A stretch of DNA of 64,000 nt from an uncultured Bdellovibrio sp. Lineage in GTDB: Bacteria > Bdellovibrionota > Bdellovibrionia > Bdellovibrionales > Bdellovibrionaceae. The stretch is taken from contig CAWVRN010000006.1 in the NCBI GenBank assembly GCA_963932905.1, positions 64,001 through 128,000 on the forward strand, given 5' to 3'. Positions 45,746 through 55,209 of the stretch are shown in pieces; position 1 is the stretch's first letter, and each line of letters begins with the position of its first letter. Position numbers and translations under genes: made by a program. The notes beneath the pieces are model-generated. The model searched no databases. It was not told the DNA's origin and saw only the letters and a list, made by a program, of their open reading frames with translations.

Positions 45746-48033
45746 ATTGGCCTCCCCGGTTTTCTAATTGTTACTTTAAAATCGTCACTACTACGAGCCA
45801 CCTTCACTTGATTACTCTCTTTTGGAGCCGTGATCAACGACGGCGGCGGCTTCGGTGGTTCTGCTTTAGCATGAATAATATTTGAAATATCTTGAGGAAC
45901 TGGGATTGGTTGAGATGGCGCCGGAGGTGTCTGTTTTGGAATCTCGTTTGAAACTTCAAACAATTCATCTACGTCGACATTCAAATCAATCGGCTTGATG
46001 CTAATTGGTTTTGCAGACAAGTTTAATTCTTGGAACATTTCATTGTCTTCCGCCTGTTCAACAGTAACTGGCGCTTTGTCTTCTATTTTTTTCTCATCAT
46101 CCATACTTAGCATCAAATCTTCTTTTATCGTTGGAATTTTTAGCTGAGTGGGTGCCAAAGCTCTTGGCGGTAAAGGCGCTGGTGTTTGCTCGAGTTTTTC
46201 TGGAGCGCGAACCACATCATCCTCGTCGTCATCAATCACAATCACATCTTCTTCCGGAACTGGCGCATGCAGAGGCGGCGTCAAAACTTTTACGGTTACA
46301 GGTTCTGCCTGCAGAGTCAGTTCCTGCGGTTCCGATTCGGTTTCACGTGCTTCAATCACAGGCGCCGGAGGTATGGGTATATTTTCTACTTGCTCTGCCG
46401 TTTCTAGCCCGAATTCGACAAAAACACGAGCCCCTTTACCACGCTCAGAATCCACTTTCACATCGCCACTATGTTGCCTAACGATTCCAAGTGCCACTGT
46501 TAATCCCAGTCCCATGTGCTGGCCGACATTCAAAGATGTAAAGAAAGGGTCGAAAATTTTTTCACTAATTTCTTTTGGGATTCCTTCGCCATTATCTTCG
46601 ATTAAAACCACAACTTTTTCATTTTCCATATAAGTTTTGATTTTAATTTCCTTGTTCCCTTTACGATCCATGGCCTGAATTGAATTTTTCAAAATATTTT
46701 CAAACACAGTCACCAATTGATTGACGTCCATATCAAAAGATTCTGTAGGTCCAATCTCTTTAGAAACTTTAACAACCTTCTGATAACAAAGGCTTTCTAC
46801 GTTTTTGATCGCGCGTAATAGAGGCGTATCGATTTTAGTTTTGATTTTGTGTTGTTCTTTTTCACCAGCAAACAACAATAACTTGTCGATAATATCAGTA
46901 GCCGATCGAGCTTCCGCTTTGACCTTGCTCAACATTTTTAAAATTTCTTCTTTGGATTCGGTGGCGTTTCCTAATTGCACCAAAGACAAGATTTTAACCA
47001 ATGGCGCTTTCATTTCATGCCCCAATGCAGACGCAATTTTCATATTGCTTTGTGCTCGGTCTTTGGAAACTTCGGTAGGTGAAGCTGGTTTTGCCTCGTT
47101 AGAGGGTCGAGCAATTGGGTTCGGGAATGACGACTGAGTTACTTCACCACGAGCCGTTTTCGGCGCAGCTGATACCACCCCCTCTTTGGGAAGAAGAAGG
47201 AACGAAACTCCGATCAAGATAAATAAAAATCCAAAAGCGAAAAACGCAAACTGGCGACGAAATTCTTCTTTGCTTTTTATAATCTCAGACAGTGATGTTT
47301 GCGTATAAAGGTACAAGTCCATGTTCGGAACTTTTTCCATCACGGCGAAAAACTCTTCCCCACTCGTTATCGCAAAGGATCCCGTCGACATCGTTTTATT
47401 ATTTTCACGTAAGTCTTTTATTACTGAATTTTCAAAAATCTTCTGTCCTACATATTCCGGCTTAACGTGCGACATACTGACAAGCTCTTTATTCACTAAC
47501 GCTAATGTTGAACTTTGCGTTTTTTGAGTGTCCATTAAACTTTGTAAATTTTCGCCAAGGCTTACGAATACCCACATTTTGTCTTTCAATGGGACCAGCG
47601 TTAGCAACAATCGCTTTTTGCCCTGATCTTGAAAAAACTGATATGAAATCTGGGTCGTTTGAGGATTGATTTGGAAACTACGAACCACCTGAGTCAGGGT
47701 CTCTTTACTTAGATCAGAAACAGGAGAGGCTTCCCGAAACAGCCATTCTACCATTTGATTTTTATCATTGAGTAAAGCCAAGGCAAAATAAGGGTGCATG
47801 CTGGCCCAGTTAACTCGGCGGTTGCCTTCGATATTCAGGTTTTGGGCCATTTTAGTTAAGAATTTAGCCTCAGCCTCATAGGCTGTCACCATGGTAGAAA
47901 TCTGGTTCTTCATTTGAAGTTCCACATTCTCCACTTTATCGGCAAATAATGATTGCTCAAACTTGTTGTAAATGATCGACAAAAACAGCACAGATACAAC
48001 AACTAAAGCGATTACAACTCTTATTCTGATCAA
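45742..48033 (-). CDS. Membrane sensor histidine kinase with periplasmic sensor and Pro-rich C-terminal tail
   Basis: Two TMs; GHEMKAPL, KNSIQAM, EDNGEGI, FDPFFT, GLGL boxes. Confidence 0.9.
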   Translation of the reverse strand: MIRIRVVIALVVVSVLFLSIIYNKFEQSLFADKVENVELQMKNQISTMVTAYEAEAKFLTKMAQNLNIEGNRRVNWASMHPYFALALLNDKNQMVEWLFREASPVSDLSKETLTQVVRSFQINPQTTQISYQFFQDQGKKRLLLTLVPLKDKMWVFVSLGENLQSLMDTQKTQSSTLALVNKELVSMSHVKPEYVGQKIFENSVIKDLRENNKTMSTGSFAITSGEEFFAVMEKVPNMDLYLYTQTSLSEIIKSKEEFRRQFAFFAFGFLFILIGVSFLLLPKEGVVSAAPKTARGEVTQSSFPNPIARPSNEAKPASPTEVSKDRAQSNMKIASALGHEMKAPLVKILSLVQLGNATESKEEILKMLSKVKAEARSATDIIDKLLLFAGEKEQHKIKTKIDTPLLRAIKNVESLCYQKVVKVSKEIGPTESFDMDVNQLVTVFENILKNSIQAMDRKGNKEIKIKTYMENEKVVVLIEDNGEGIPKEISEKIFDPFFTSLNVGQHMGLGLTVALGIVRQHSGDVKVDSERGKGARVFVEFGLETAEQVENIPIPPAPVIEARETESEPQELTLQAEPVTVKVLTPPLHAPVPEEDVIVIDDDEDDVVRAPEKLEQTPAPLPPRALAPTQLKIPTIKEDLMLSMDDEKKIEDKAPVTVEQAEDNEMFQELNLSAKPISIKPIDLNVDVDELFEVSNEIPKQTPPAPSQPIPVPQDISNIIHAKAEPPKPPPSLITAPKESNQVKVARSSDDFKVTIRKPGRPM

Positions 48034-48154
48034 TTCTTTTCCCTGTCCAAATTCTGATTTCTATTTTACGGTTATTAGTTGCAAAGAAGCAAGTACGAGT
48101 ATCAGTTGCCCTAAAGGAAAATCACACGTATACAGGTGTGCAAAGAGGTAGTTC

Positions 48155-49771
48155 ATGAGTTACATCAAAACAGATTATCTAGTGGTGGGTTCTGGTTTAG
48201 CGGGATTGGCGGCCGCGCTTAAACTCTCGGCACTCGGTGATGTTCTGATTCTCACGAAAGAAAAAGTGGAAAATGCGAACTCGACTTGGGCCCAGGGGGG
48301 AATCGCTGCTGTTTTTTCAAATGAAGACAGTTTTGACTCGCATATTCAGGATACTTTGGTCGCCGGGGCCGGCTTGTGCAATGTAGACGCGGTGAGAAAT
48401 ATTGTTACGCAAGCACCTGATAGAATTCAGGATTTAATAAACTGGGGTGTAAAATTCGACCATCGAAAAACAGCCCAAGGCGATCATTTCGAAATGGATC
48501 TTACTAAAGAGGGTGGCCACTCTTACCGACGCATTTTGCACTTCGAAGATCAAACTGGAAAACACATTCATCAAAAACTTTTAGAACGGGTTCGCCAAAC
48601 TCCCAACATTAAAATTTTAGAAGAAACTTTCGCGATCGATTTGATCCTAAACAAACAGCTGAATGTTTGGAATATGAACCCTGCTGAATGTATGGGCTTG
48701 TACGCACTTAATAATCAAACCGGCTATGTCGAATCGTATGTTGCTAGCCAAATTATTTTAGCAACGGGTGGATCTGGCAAAGTTTATAAATACACAACCA
48801 ACTGGAGTGGCGCGACTGGCGATGGTATCGCCATCGCTTATCGAGCCGGAGCCCGCTTAGCTAATTTAGAATTCATGCAATTTCACCCGACATGCTTGTA
48901 TCACAAAGATTCGCGCAATTTCTTGATCTCCGAAGCTTTACGCGGTGAAGGTGGCGAACTGATAGATGGTCAAGGCAATGCGTTCATGAAAAAGTATCAC
49001 CCACTGGGATCCCTGGCTCCACGTGATATTGTAGCTCGTTCAATTGATGCGGAAATGAAACGCTCGGGCGCCCCGTGCGTATTCTTACGAATGACTCATC
49101 TGGACGCTGAATTTTTAAAACAGCGCTTTCCCGCCATTTATCAAAAGTGTTTAGAATTCCAAATCGACTTAACGACAACTCCGATTCCGGTCGTTCCCGC
49201 CGCTCACTACCTTTGTGGCGGTGTCGTGACCGATGTGGCTGGTCGCACAGATATCGATCGTCTTTGGGTGATTGGCGAATCGGCATGCACAGGTCTACAT
49301 GGCGCGAATCGCTTGGCATCAAACTCACTTCTGGAATGTGTAGCCATGGCTGAAAACTTATTTATTGAGCTAAAAGACAAACCCAAATTAACTTCATTTA
49401 CTCAGCCTAATCCATGGTTCTATCCACAAAAAACAGATGAAGACGAAATGATCGTTATTCATCATATGTGGAATGAAATCCGCGATATTATGTGGAACTA
49501 TGTGGGTATTGTCCGCAGCAACAAACGTCTTTCACGGGCACAATCGCGTCTTAAAAATATTATGTCCGAAGTGAAAGAATATTATTCTAATTTCAAAATT
49601 CACAAAGACATCATTGAACTTCGTAACATCGCCACTGTGGCACAAGCTATCGTCGAGTGCGCGTCAAAACGTGAAGATTCAATCGGTATTCACTATAACT
49701 TAGATAATCCAAATTCAAATATTAAGCAGGGAATCACTCCCAAAAACTCGGTTGTATACAGAAAGTATTAG
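48155..49771 (+). CDS. nadB: L-aspartate oxidase
   Basis: VVGSGLAG, WAQGGIA, EGGHS.RRI.H, QFHPT, LAPRDIV, GLHGANRLASNSLLE. Confidence 0.96.
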   Translation: MSYIKTDYLVVGSGLAGLAAALKLSALGDVLILTKEKVENANSTWAQGGIAAVFSNEDSFDSHIQDTLVAGAGLCNVDAVRNIVTQAPDRIQDLINWGVKFDHRKTAQGDHFEMDLTKEGGHSYRRILHFEDQTGKHIHQKLLERVRQTPNIKILEETFAIDLILNKQLNVWNMNPAECMGLYALNNQTGYVESYVASQIILATGGSGKVYKYTTNWSGATGDGIAIAYRAGARLANLEFMQFHPTCLYHKDSRNFLISEALRGEGGELIDGQGNAFMKKYHPLGSLAPRDIVARSIDAEMKRSGAPCVFLRMTHLDAEFLKQRFPAIYQKCLEFQIDLTTTPIPVVPAAHYLCGGVVTDVAGRTDIDRLWVIGESACTGLHGANRLASNSLLECVAMAENLFIELKDKPKLTSFTQPNPWFYPQKTDEDEMIVIHHMWNEIRDIMWNYVGIVRSNKRLSRAQSRLKNIMSEVKEYYSNFKIHKDIIELRNIATVAQAIVECASKREDSIGIHYNLDNPNSNIKQGITPKNSVVYRKY

Positions 49772-49831
49772 ACCTCTGTCTGGCCGACAAAAAGATGTCT
49801 TTTTGGAACGATTTCGTATCTAATTGTAGAT

Positions 49832-50689
49832 ATGCAATCACAATTTGAACGCAACGAAGGTTATTTTAAGGGCTATAAAAACGAATCACTTTTTTTCCAG
49901 TCTTGGCAGAAGAAAGATCCGGAACTAAACATCATCATCACTCATGGAATGGGCGAACATTCAGAATCCTACGCGCGTCTAGTAAATCATTTCGCTGACC
50001 AGAATATCAGTTTCTTTTCTTGGGATTTACGTGGTCACGGCCGCAGTAACGGCAAACGAGGGTATGCGGCAAATTTCAATGATTTTGTATACGATATGGA
50101 GATCTTTTTAGAAGAGGCATTCAAAACCTTCAAATTCAAAGCCCCTGTTATTTTGCTTGGTCATTCAATGGGCGGCTTAATTCAAACAAAATTTTTAATT
50201 ACGAATCCAAATAAATTTCAGATTAAAGCGCAAGTTTTAAGTTCGCCTCTATTTGGTTTTTCAGTAGCCGTACCACCTATAAAAGACAAAGCCGCACGCT
50301 TGCTTTACTCAACATTTCCCAAAGTGACCTTAGGCAACGAACTATCTCACGATATGCTAACTCGCGATAAGGCCGTAATAGCGGAATATGAAAAAGATCA
50401 TTTACGCCATGAAGTCATTTCGTCAGGCATTTACTTAGGCATGATCGATAGTTTTAAAATGATTTTCCCACGCGCCCATGAAATTACTTTGCCTACGTTT
50501 ATGCAAATTGCAGAAAATGATCCCGTAGTATCATCAGCCAAAGCGAAAGAGTTTTTCGAATTGATTGGCGCTAGCAACAAACGAATTGTTATATACGGCG
50601 AAGGCGCTCGGCATGAAAATTACAATGATATACATCGGGAAAAAGTTTTCCAAGATTTAGAGAAGAACTTAAAAGGATTAATCAAATGA
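49832..50689 (+). CDS. Alpha/beta hydrolase, lysophospholipase/monoglyceride lipase-like
   Basis: HGMGEHS, DLRGHG, GHSMGG, D..V, RHE. Confidence 0.9.
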   Translation: MQSQFERNEGYFKGYKNESLFFQSWQKKDPELNIIITHGMGEHSESYARLVNHFADQNISFFSWDLRGHGRSNGKRGYAANFNDFVYDMEIFLEEAFKTFKFKAPVILLGHSMGGLIQTKFLITNPNKFQIKAQVLSSPLFGFSVAVPPIKDKAARLLYSTFPKVTLGNELSHDMLTRDKAVIAEYEKDHLRHEVISSGIYLGMIDSFKMIFPRAHEITLPTFMQIAENDPVVSSAKAKEFFELIGASNKRIVIYGEGARHENYNDIHREKVFQDLEKNLKGLIK

Positions 50690-51291
50690 TGCGCTTACTT
50701 CTATTGTTTATTATTGGCTTAGCCGTATCGTGTTCGCACAAAGACATTTCTCCATCACCAAACATAAAATTAATTTCCGAATCGGATTACTTGCAGACAG
50801 TAAAACGAAACTCCCGCCAACAGCAAGTGTACTCAGGCCTATATAACTCGATCGATCTGACGGCGGCCGTTGTCAATACAGAGGTTTCTGAAGCACAGGT
50901 TGATCAAATGGCGCGAGTTTTCATCTGGGATGAAGCCAAATACACTCAGGAAAAGGCGACTGCCGACGGTAAATTGCGCAAAGAAGCAGAATTTTTCGTT
51001 AGTTTCTTTACCCCGGAACGTAAACACGATGATTTAAATAAAAATAAAACGCTGTGGAAGATTTTCTTGGACGTAGATGGAAAAAGATATGAAGGCAAAA
51101 CAACAAAAATCAAATTGTTAACGGAAGAACTACAAAGCTTGTATCCATTTCATACTCGGTTTTCGACACCGTATTCTATCGTTTTTCCGGTTCCAATGAA
51201 AAACATCGAAAGCGCCAACACTATCAAACTAACCATCACTGGGCCTGTTGGGACATCAACGGTGGATTTCGGTAAAGCAGCATCGAACTGA
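50686..51291 (+). CDS. Hypothetical lipoprotein
   Basis: Lipobox LAVSC; 4-bp overlap with the hydrolase gene. Confidence 0.75.
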   Translation: MMRLLLLFIIGLAVSCSHKDISPSPNIKLISESDYLQTVKRNSRQQQVYSGLYNSIDLTAAVVNTEVSEAQVDQMARVFIWDEAKYTQEKATADGKLRKEAEFFVSFFTPERKHDDLNKNKTLWKIFLDVDGKRYEGKTTKIKLLTEELQSLYPFHTRFSTPYSIVFPVPMKNIESANTIKLTITGPVGTSTVDFGKAASN

Positions 51292-51311
51292 TGCTGCTTT
51301 GATCTCAGTAA

Positions 51312-51686
51312 TTACTCTCTGTTGAGTTTAACTTTTACTGACTCATTATTGTATCTAATAACCATTACTTTCGCTTCCGCAGCTACCGGTAAATTAGCTA
51401 AATCAAATTTATAAACTTTAGGTTCTACGACTTGATCAGGGCAAATCATACGAGTCGCGCCTACAATAAGTTCTGTATCACAAACAACCGCATAATTACG
51501 AGTCGCGCGATCTTTATTGCACAAACCACCAACTTGTACGTTTACTGACATGGTATTGCAGTCGCCTAAGAACGTCACGTACAAATAGTTTTTATATGTG
51601 AACGCACCAAATGATGCTGGAGTTGCTGCTGTTGCAGAGAACGCGAAAGAAGACAAAAACAAAGATGCTAAAAGAATAAGTTTCAT
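51312..51686 (-). CDS. Small secreted protein with four Cys
   Basis: Signal peptide; AGGGGG RBS; TRMICP motif. Confidence 0.75.
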   Translation of the reverse strand: MKLILLASLFLSSFAFSATAATPASFGAFTYKNYLYVTFLGDCNTMSVNVQVGGLCNKDRATRNYAVVCDTELIVGATRMICPDQVVEPKVYKFDLANLPVAAEAKVMVIRYNNESVKVKLNRE

Positions 51687-51746
51687 GGCGTAAGCCCCCT
51701 TTAATATGGCTAATTGGTAACGTCATTAAAACTAGGGGTCAAGAAT

Positions 51747-51932
51747 TTATCTTTTGAAAGCTCTATCCACAAAATAATCAAATACCTTGGGGAGATAATG
51801 GGACAGTTTTAAATTTGCTCCCGTAAAACCAGATGGTTTCAACACATCCAAATCCATACGAATCGCCTTATAAATCAATTCAACGTACTTTGACGCTCGG
51901 AGTGAGCGCTACCTCATATCGTTAGTAACCAC
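51747..51932 (-). pseudogene. Possible gene remnant (C-terminal fragment, SDR-like)
   Basis: 53 sense codons ...KYVELIYKAIRMDLDVLKPSGFTGANLKLSHYLPKVFDYFVDRAFKR* preceded by an in-frame TAG at 51909-51911. Confidence 0.3.
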
Positions 51933-51936
51933 TGTG

Positions 51937-52662
51937 TTATTTTTTATCTGCATAGCCCCAACCTTTTAAAACTTCAGCTTCTTCTGCTTGGCTTTTTACT
52001 TTTTTAAACTTAGCGCCGGAAGCACCTTTCACACGTTGTTCACATTCCGCCCAAGTTTTGTGACGTTCTAGAACTCCGTTTTTTAAAGAAAGATAATAAT
52101 TAGCTTCGCTAGATTCCTTTTTCTTAAAACTGGTGTCTGGAATAGGTTCTGTCTTGGGCACCTCGAACATATCAAATCCGTAATGAGCGTTATCGCCTTC
52201 ATAAAGATCGACATACTTTCCGGTAGAGAAACACACGGCGATTTCATCACAGCGTTCATTTCCCGACACACCCGAATGTCCACGTACATAGTTCCATTTA
52301 ATTTTTTTATCACCCAGATCAGAAAGCTGTCGTTGCAAAGCTTGCCAAAATTCTTTATTAGCGACGTCTTTACCTTCACCATTTTTCCATCCACGAAACG
52401 CCCAACCCTTGAGCCATTTTGTGGCTCCATTCAGAACGTAGGAAGAATCGGTATAGTAAATGATTTGATCGAAAGAAATGTCTTTAAGATAATGAAGACC
52501 TTCAATTAAACCTTGAAGCTCCATCTGATTATTTGTCGTCATGGCTCGGCCACCGCCCAGCTCTATAACTTTATTATTGGGTAATCCAAGGATGGTGGCC
52601 CAACCACCTCTCCCCGGATTCCCGCTGCATGCTCCGTCTGAGTACATTATCACTGTTTTCAC
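51937..52662 (-). CDS. rnhA: Ribonuclease HI with C-terminal hybrid-binding (Cauli_VI-like) domain
   Basis: YSDGACSGNPG.GG, TNNQMEL, TDSSY, VRGHSG..GNERCD; TWAEC..RVKG...AKFKK. Confidence 0.93.
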   Translation of the reverse strand: MKTVIMYSDGACSGNPGRGGWATILGLPNNKVIELGGGRAMTTNNQMELQGLIEGLHYLKDISFDQIIYYTDSSYVLNGATKWLKGWAFRGWKNGEGKDVANKEFWQALQRQLSDLGDKKIKWNYVRGHSGVSGNERCDEIAVCFSTGKYVDLYEGDNAHYGFDMFEVPKTEPIPDTSFKKKESSEANYYLSLKNGVLERHKTWAECEQRVKGASGAKFKKVKSQAEEAEVLKGWGYADKK

Positions 52663-52702
52663 AGATCAAGCCTAAAACGGCAGCTTTAAAAATTCAACTA
52701 AC

Positions 52703-55084
52703 TTAAGTTCCTGCGTACGTAGGATTGTTCGTTTGTGGAGCTGTTAACAACAACTCATCCGACCAATCTTTAAGATCTACTTTTAACGCTTGACTCAAGA
52801 CCTCGTTAATATGGCTTACAAAAGTGAATTGGATGTCTGACTTAATGTCCGCGGGGATATCTCTTAGATCCTTTTCATTTTTATCACACATAATAATCTG
52901 TCTTACGCCGGCTCTATGGGCCGCAATCACTTTTTCCTTGATACCACCGACCGGCATCACTCGTCCTCGTAAACTGATCTCACCTGTCATTGCTAACTTA
53001 GGATTCACAGTGACACGTGATACAAGCGAAGCAATCGAAGTTAAAATCGTGATACCTGCTGACGGTCCATCTTTAGGAATCGCTCCTGATGGTACGTGTA
53101 GATGGATATCAAATTTATTCAAATCTAAACGTGGTGCCAGCACCGACATTCTGGATTTCACAAGCGACTTGGCAATCTGTGCGGATTCGCGCATCACTTC
53201 ACCAAGTTGTCCGGTAATAATCAAATCACCTTTCCCTGGAACAAGCGCCGTTTCAATAAACAGAATGTCACCGCCCACAGGTGTCCACGCCAATCCGGTA
53301 ACAACCCCAGCCGTTGAGCTGAACTCAGCCACTTCGCTGGTGAATTTTTCCGGACCAAAAATATCTTCCAAATTATTAATTCCCACGATGACTTTTGTTT
53401 CACCACGTTGAATTTTCTCGGAAGCATATCGGCACATTTCGCTAATCTTACGCTGAAGATCGCGAACACCAGATTCACGTGTGTAATGAGTAATTACTTT
53501 TAACAACGCTTCGTCAGTTACTTGAAGTTCTGATTTCTCAAAACTGTATTCTTCCATTTGCTTCGGAATAATATGGCTTTTTGCGATATTAAACTTCTCT
53601 GCCGATGTGTAACCCGACAAATCGATCACTTCCATTCGATCTAACAACGGCCCCGGAATTCCTTCTAAAGAGTTCGCCGTCGCGATAAAGAATATCTTCG
53701 ATAAATCAAACGGGGTATCCAAATAGTGATCTTGGAACGTATGATTTTGTTCGGGATCCAGCACTTCTAGTAAAGCCGCACCGGGATCACCGGCGTAACC
53801 GCGTGATAATTTATCGATCTCATCCAGTAAGAAAACGGCATCGTTCTGTTTTACTTTAGACAATGCCGAAACAATCTTACCCGGTAAGGCACCAATGTAA
53901 GTTCGTCTGTGACCTCGAATTTCTGATTCATCACGAACACCACCTAAACTAATTCGGTGATATTTTTTATCTAATGCTCTAGCGATACTTTGTCCCAACG
54001 ATGTTTTACCAACACCCGGAGGGCCAATGAACAACAAGATAGAACCTTTTTTATTTTTCCTACGCTTCATTACTGCTAAATGCTGCAATATGCGTTTTTT
54101 AATTTTATCTAAACCATAGTGATCCGCATTCAAAATAGCTTCTGCATCTTCTAAATTGAAATCCTTACCTGAAGAGCTCTCACTCCATGGCAATGATACC
54201 AACAGATCTAAATGCGTACGAATCATCTGATATTCAGGCGACTGCGTCGACGATGTAGACAGTTTTTTCAACTGTTGATTTGCTAGCTTCAACGCTTCTT
54301 CTGGCATTTTAGCATCGGCTATTTTCTTTTCGTATTCGCTTTCTAAGTCTGGTGATTCATCATCACCAAGTTCTTCTTTAATGGTTCTTAATTGTTCACG
54401 TAGAATGTGTTCACGCTGAGTCTGTCCCAATTTGTTAGACAGCTTGCTGCGAATATCATTTTGCACAATCATTGTTTGTTTAAACTCTTGTAACAAAGTT
54501 AAAAGCGACAAAGTACGAGTTCTTAAATTAAAGTCTTCTAATATTTTTTGTTTTTCCACTAACGAAAGATCGATATTAGCTGCAGCCATATGGCCTAGCA
54601 GCGCCAAATCGTCCATGCCCTTGATTAGCTCGACCATGTTATCCGTATTACCAGGCATAACTTTTAGGATATCAATACCCATAGTTTTAAGGCTGGAAAG
54701 AAAGGCACTTTCCGTTGCTTTATCCATGTCAATCACATCATCATATCGCTCTAAATTTGTTTGGTAGCAACCGTCGGCAGATACATAATTAACAGAATGA
54801 GCACGGTAATAACCACGCACAACTACGAAATAACTTGAATCTGGGGTCACTTTAATTGACTCAACTTTACAAAGTGTACCGAATGAATTTAAATCCGCTT
54901 CTGAGTCTAAATTCCCTTCTGCATCTTTCTGGGCTACCGCAAAAATCCATCCGTCTTTGCCAGCCGACAAATCGACGGCTCGCTTGCTCTTGTCACGGCC
55001 TACACGCAGAGTCTGGGTGATGCCCGGATAAATCACAGTATTTTTTAAGGGAAGAACGGGTAACGATCCAACTGGGTATGTCAT
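52703..55084 (-). CDS. lon: Lon protease
   Basis: GPPGVGKTS, RGHRRTYIGA, LDEIDK, KDGPSAG, GGIKEK. Confidence 0.98.
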   Translation of the reverse strand: MTYPVGSLPVLPLKNTVIYPGITQTLRVGRDKSKRAVDLSAGKDGWIFAVAQKDAEGNLDSEADLNSFGTLCKVESIKVTPDSSYFVVVRGYYRAHSVNYVSADGCYQTNLERYDDVIDMDKATESAFLSSLKTMGIDILKVMPGNTDNMVELIKGMDDLALLGHMAAANIDLSLVEKQKILEDFNLRTRTLSLLTLLQEFKQTMIVQNDIRSKLSNKLGQTQREHILREQLRTIKEELGDDESPDLESEYEKKIADAKMPEEALKLANQQLKKLSTSSTQSPEYQMIRTHLDLLVSLPWSESSSGKDFNLEDAEAILNADHYGLDKIKKRILQHLAVMKRRKNKKGSILLFIGPPGVGKTSLGQSIARALDKKYHRISLGGVRDESEIRGHRRTYIGALPGKIVSALSKVKQNDAVFLLDEIDKLSRGYAGDPGAALLEVLDPEQNHTFQDHYLDTPFDLSKIFFIATANSLEGIPGPLLDRMEVIDLSGYTSAEKFNIAKSHIIPKQMEEYSFEKSELQVTDEALLKVITHYTRESGVRDLQRKISEMCRYASEKIQRGETKVIVGINNLEDIFGPEKFTSEVAEFSSTAGVVTGLAWTPVGGDILFIETALVPGKGDLIITGQLGEVMRESAQIAKSLVKSRMSVLAPRLDLNKFDIHLHVPSGAIPKDGPSAGITILTSIASLVSRVTVNPKLAMTGEISLRGRVMPVGGIKEKVIAAHRAGVRQIIMCDKNEKDLRDIPADIKSDIQFTFVSHINEVLSQALKVDLKDWSDELLLTAPQTNNPTYAGT

Positions 55085-55179
55085 AATATACTCCTATAAA
55101 CCAAAGATGAGACCGATCGAGGTGCTGTCAAGGCAAGGTTAAAATACGTAGACGAAATAAAAGACAAATAGTAAGCGTG

Positions 55180-55196
55180 TTGGCAGAGCCATTGCT
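55180..55196 (+). promoter_or_regulatory. Candidate sigma54 promoter
   Basis: TTGGCAGAGCCATTGCT, near-consensus TGGCA-N6-TTGC. Confidence 0.7.
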
Positions 55197-55209
55197 GAGT
55201 AAATATACG

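Noticed and set aside
51763..51771. DnaA-box-like ctatccaca
   Set aside because: A single imperfect box with no cluster or origin-associated genes.
52824..53411. Long antisense or shifted ORFs within lon, nuo, phnC, mlaF, the kinase and other genes
   Set aside because: Shadow frames of well-supported genes, with no recognisable motifs.
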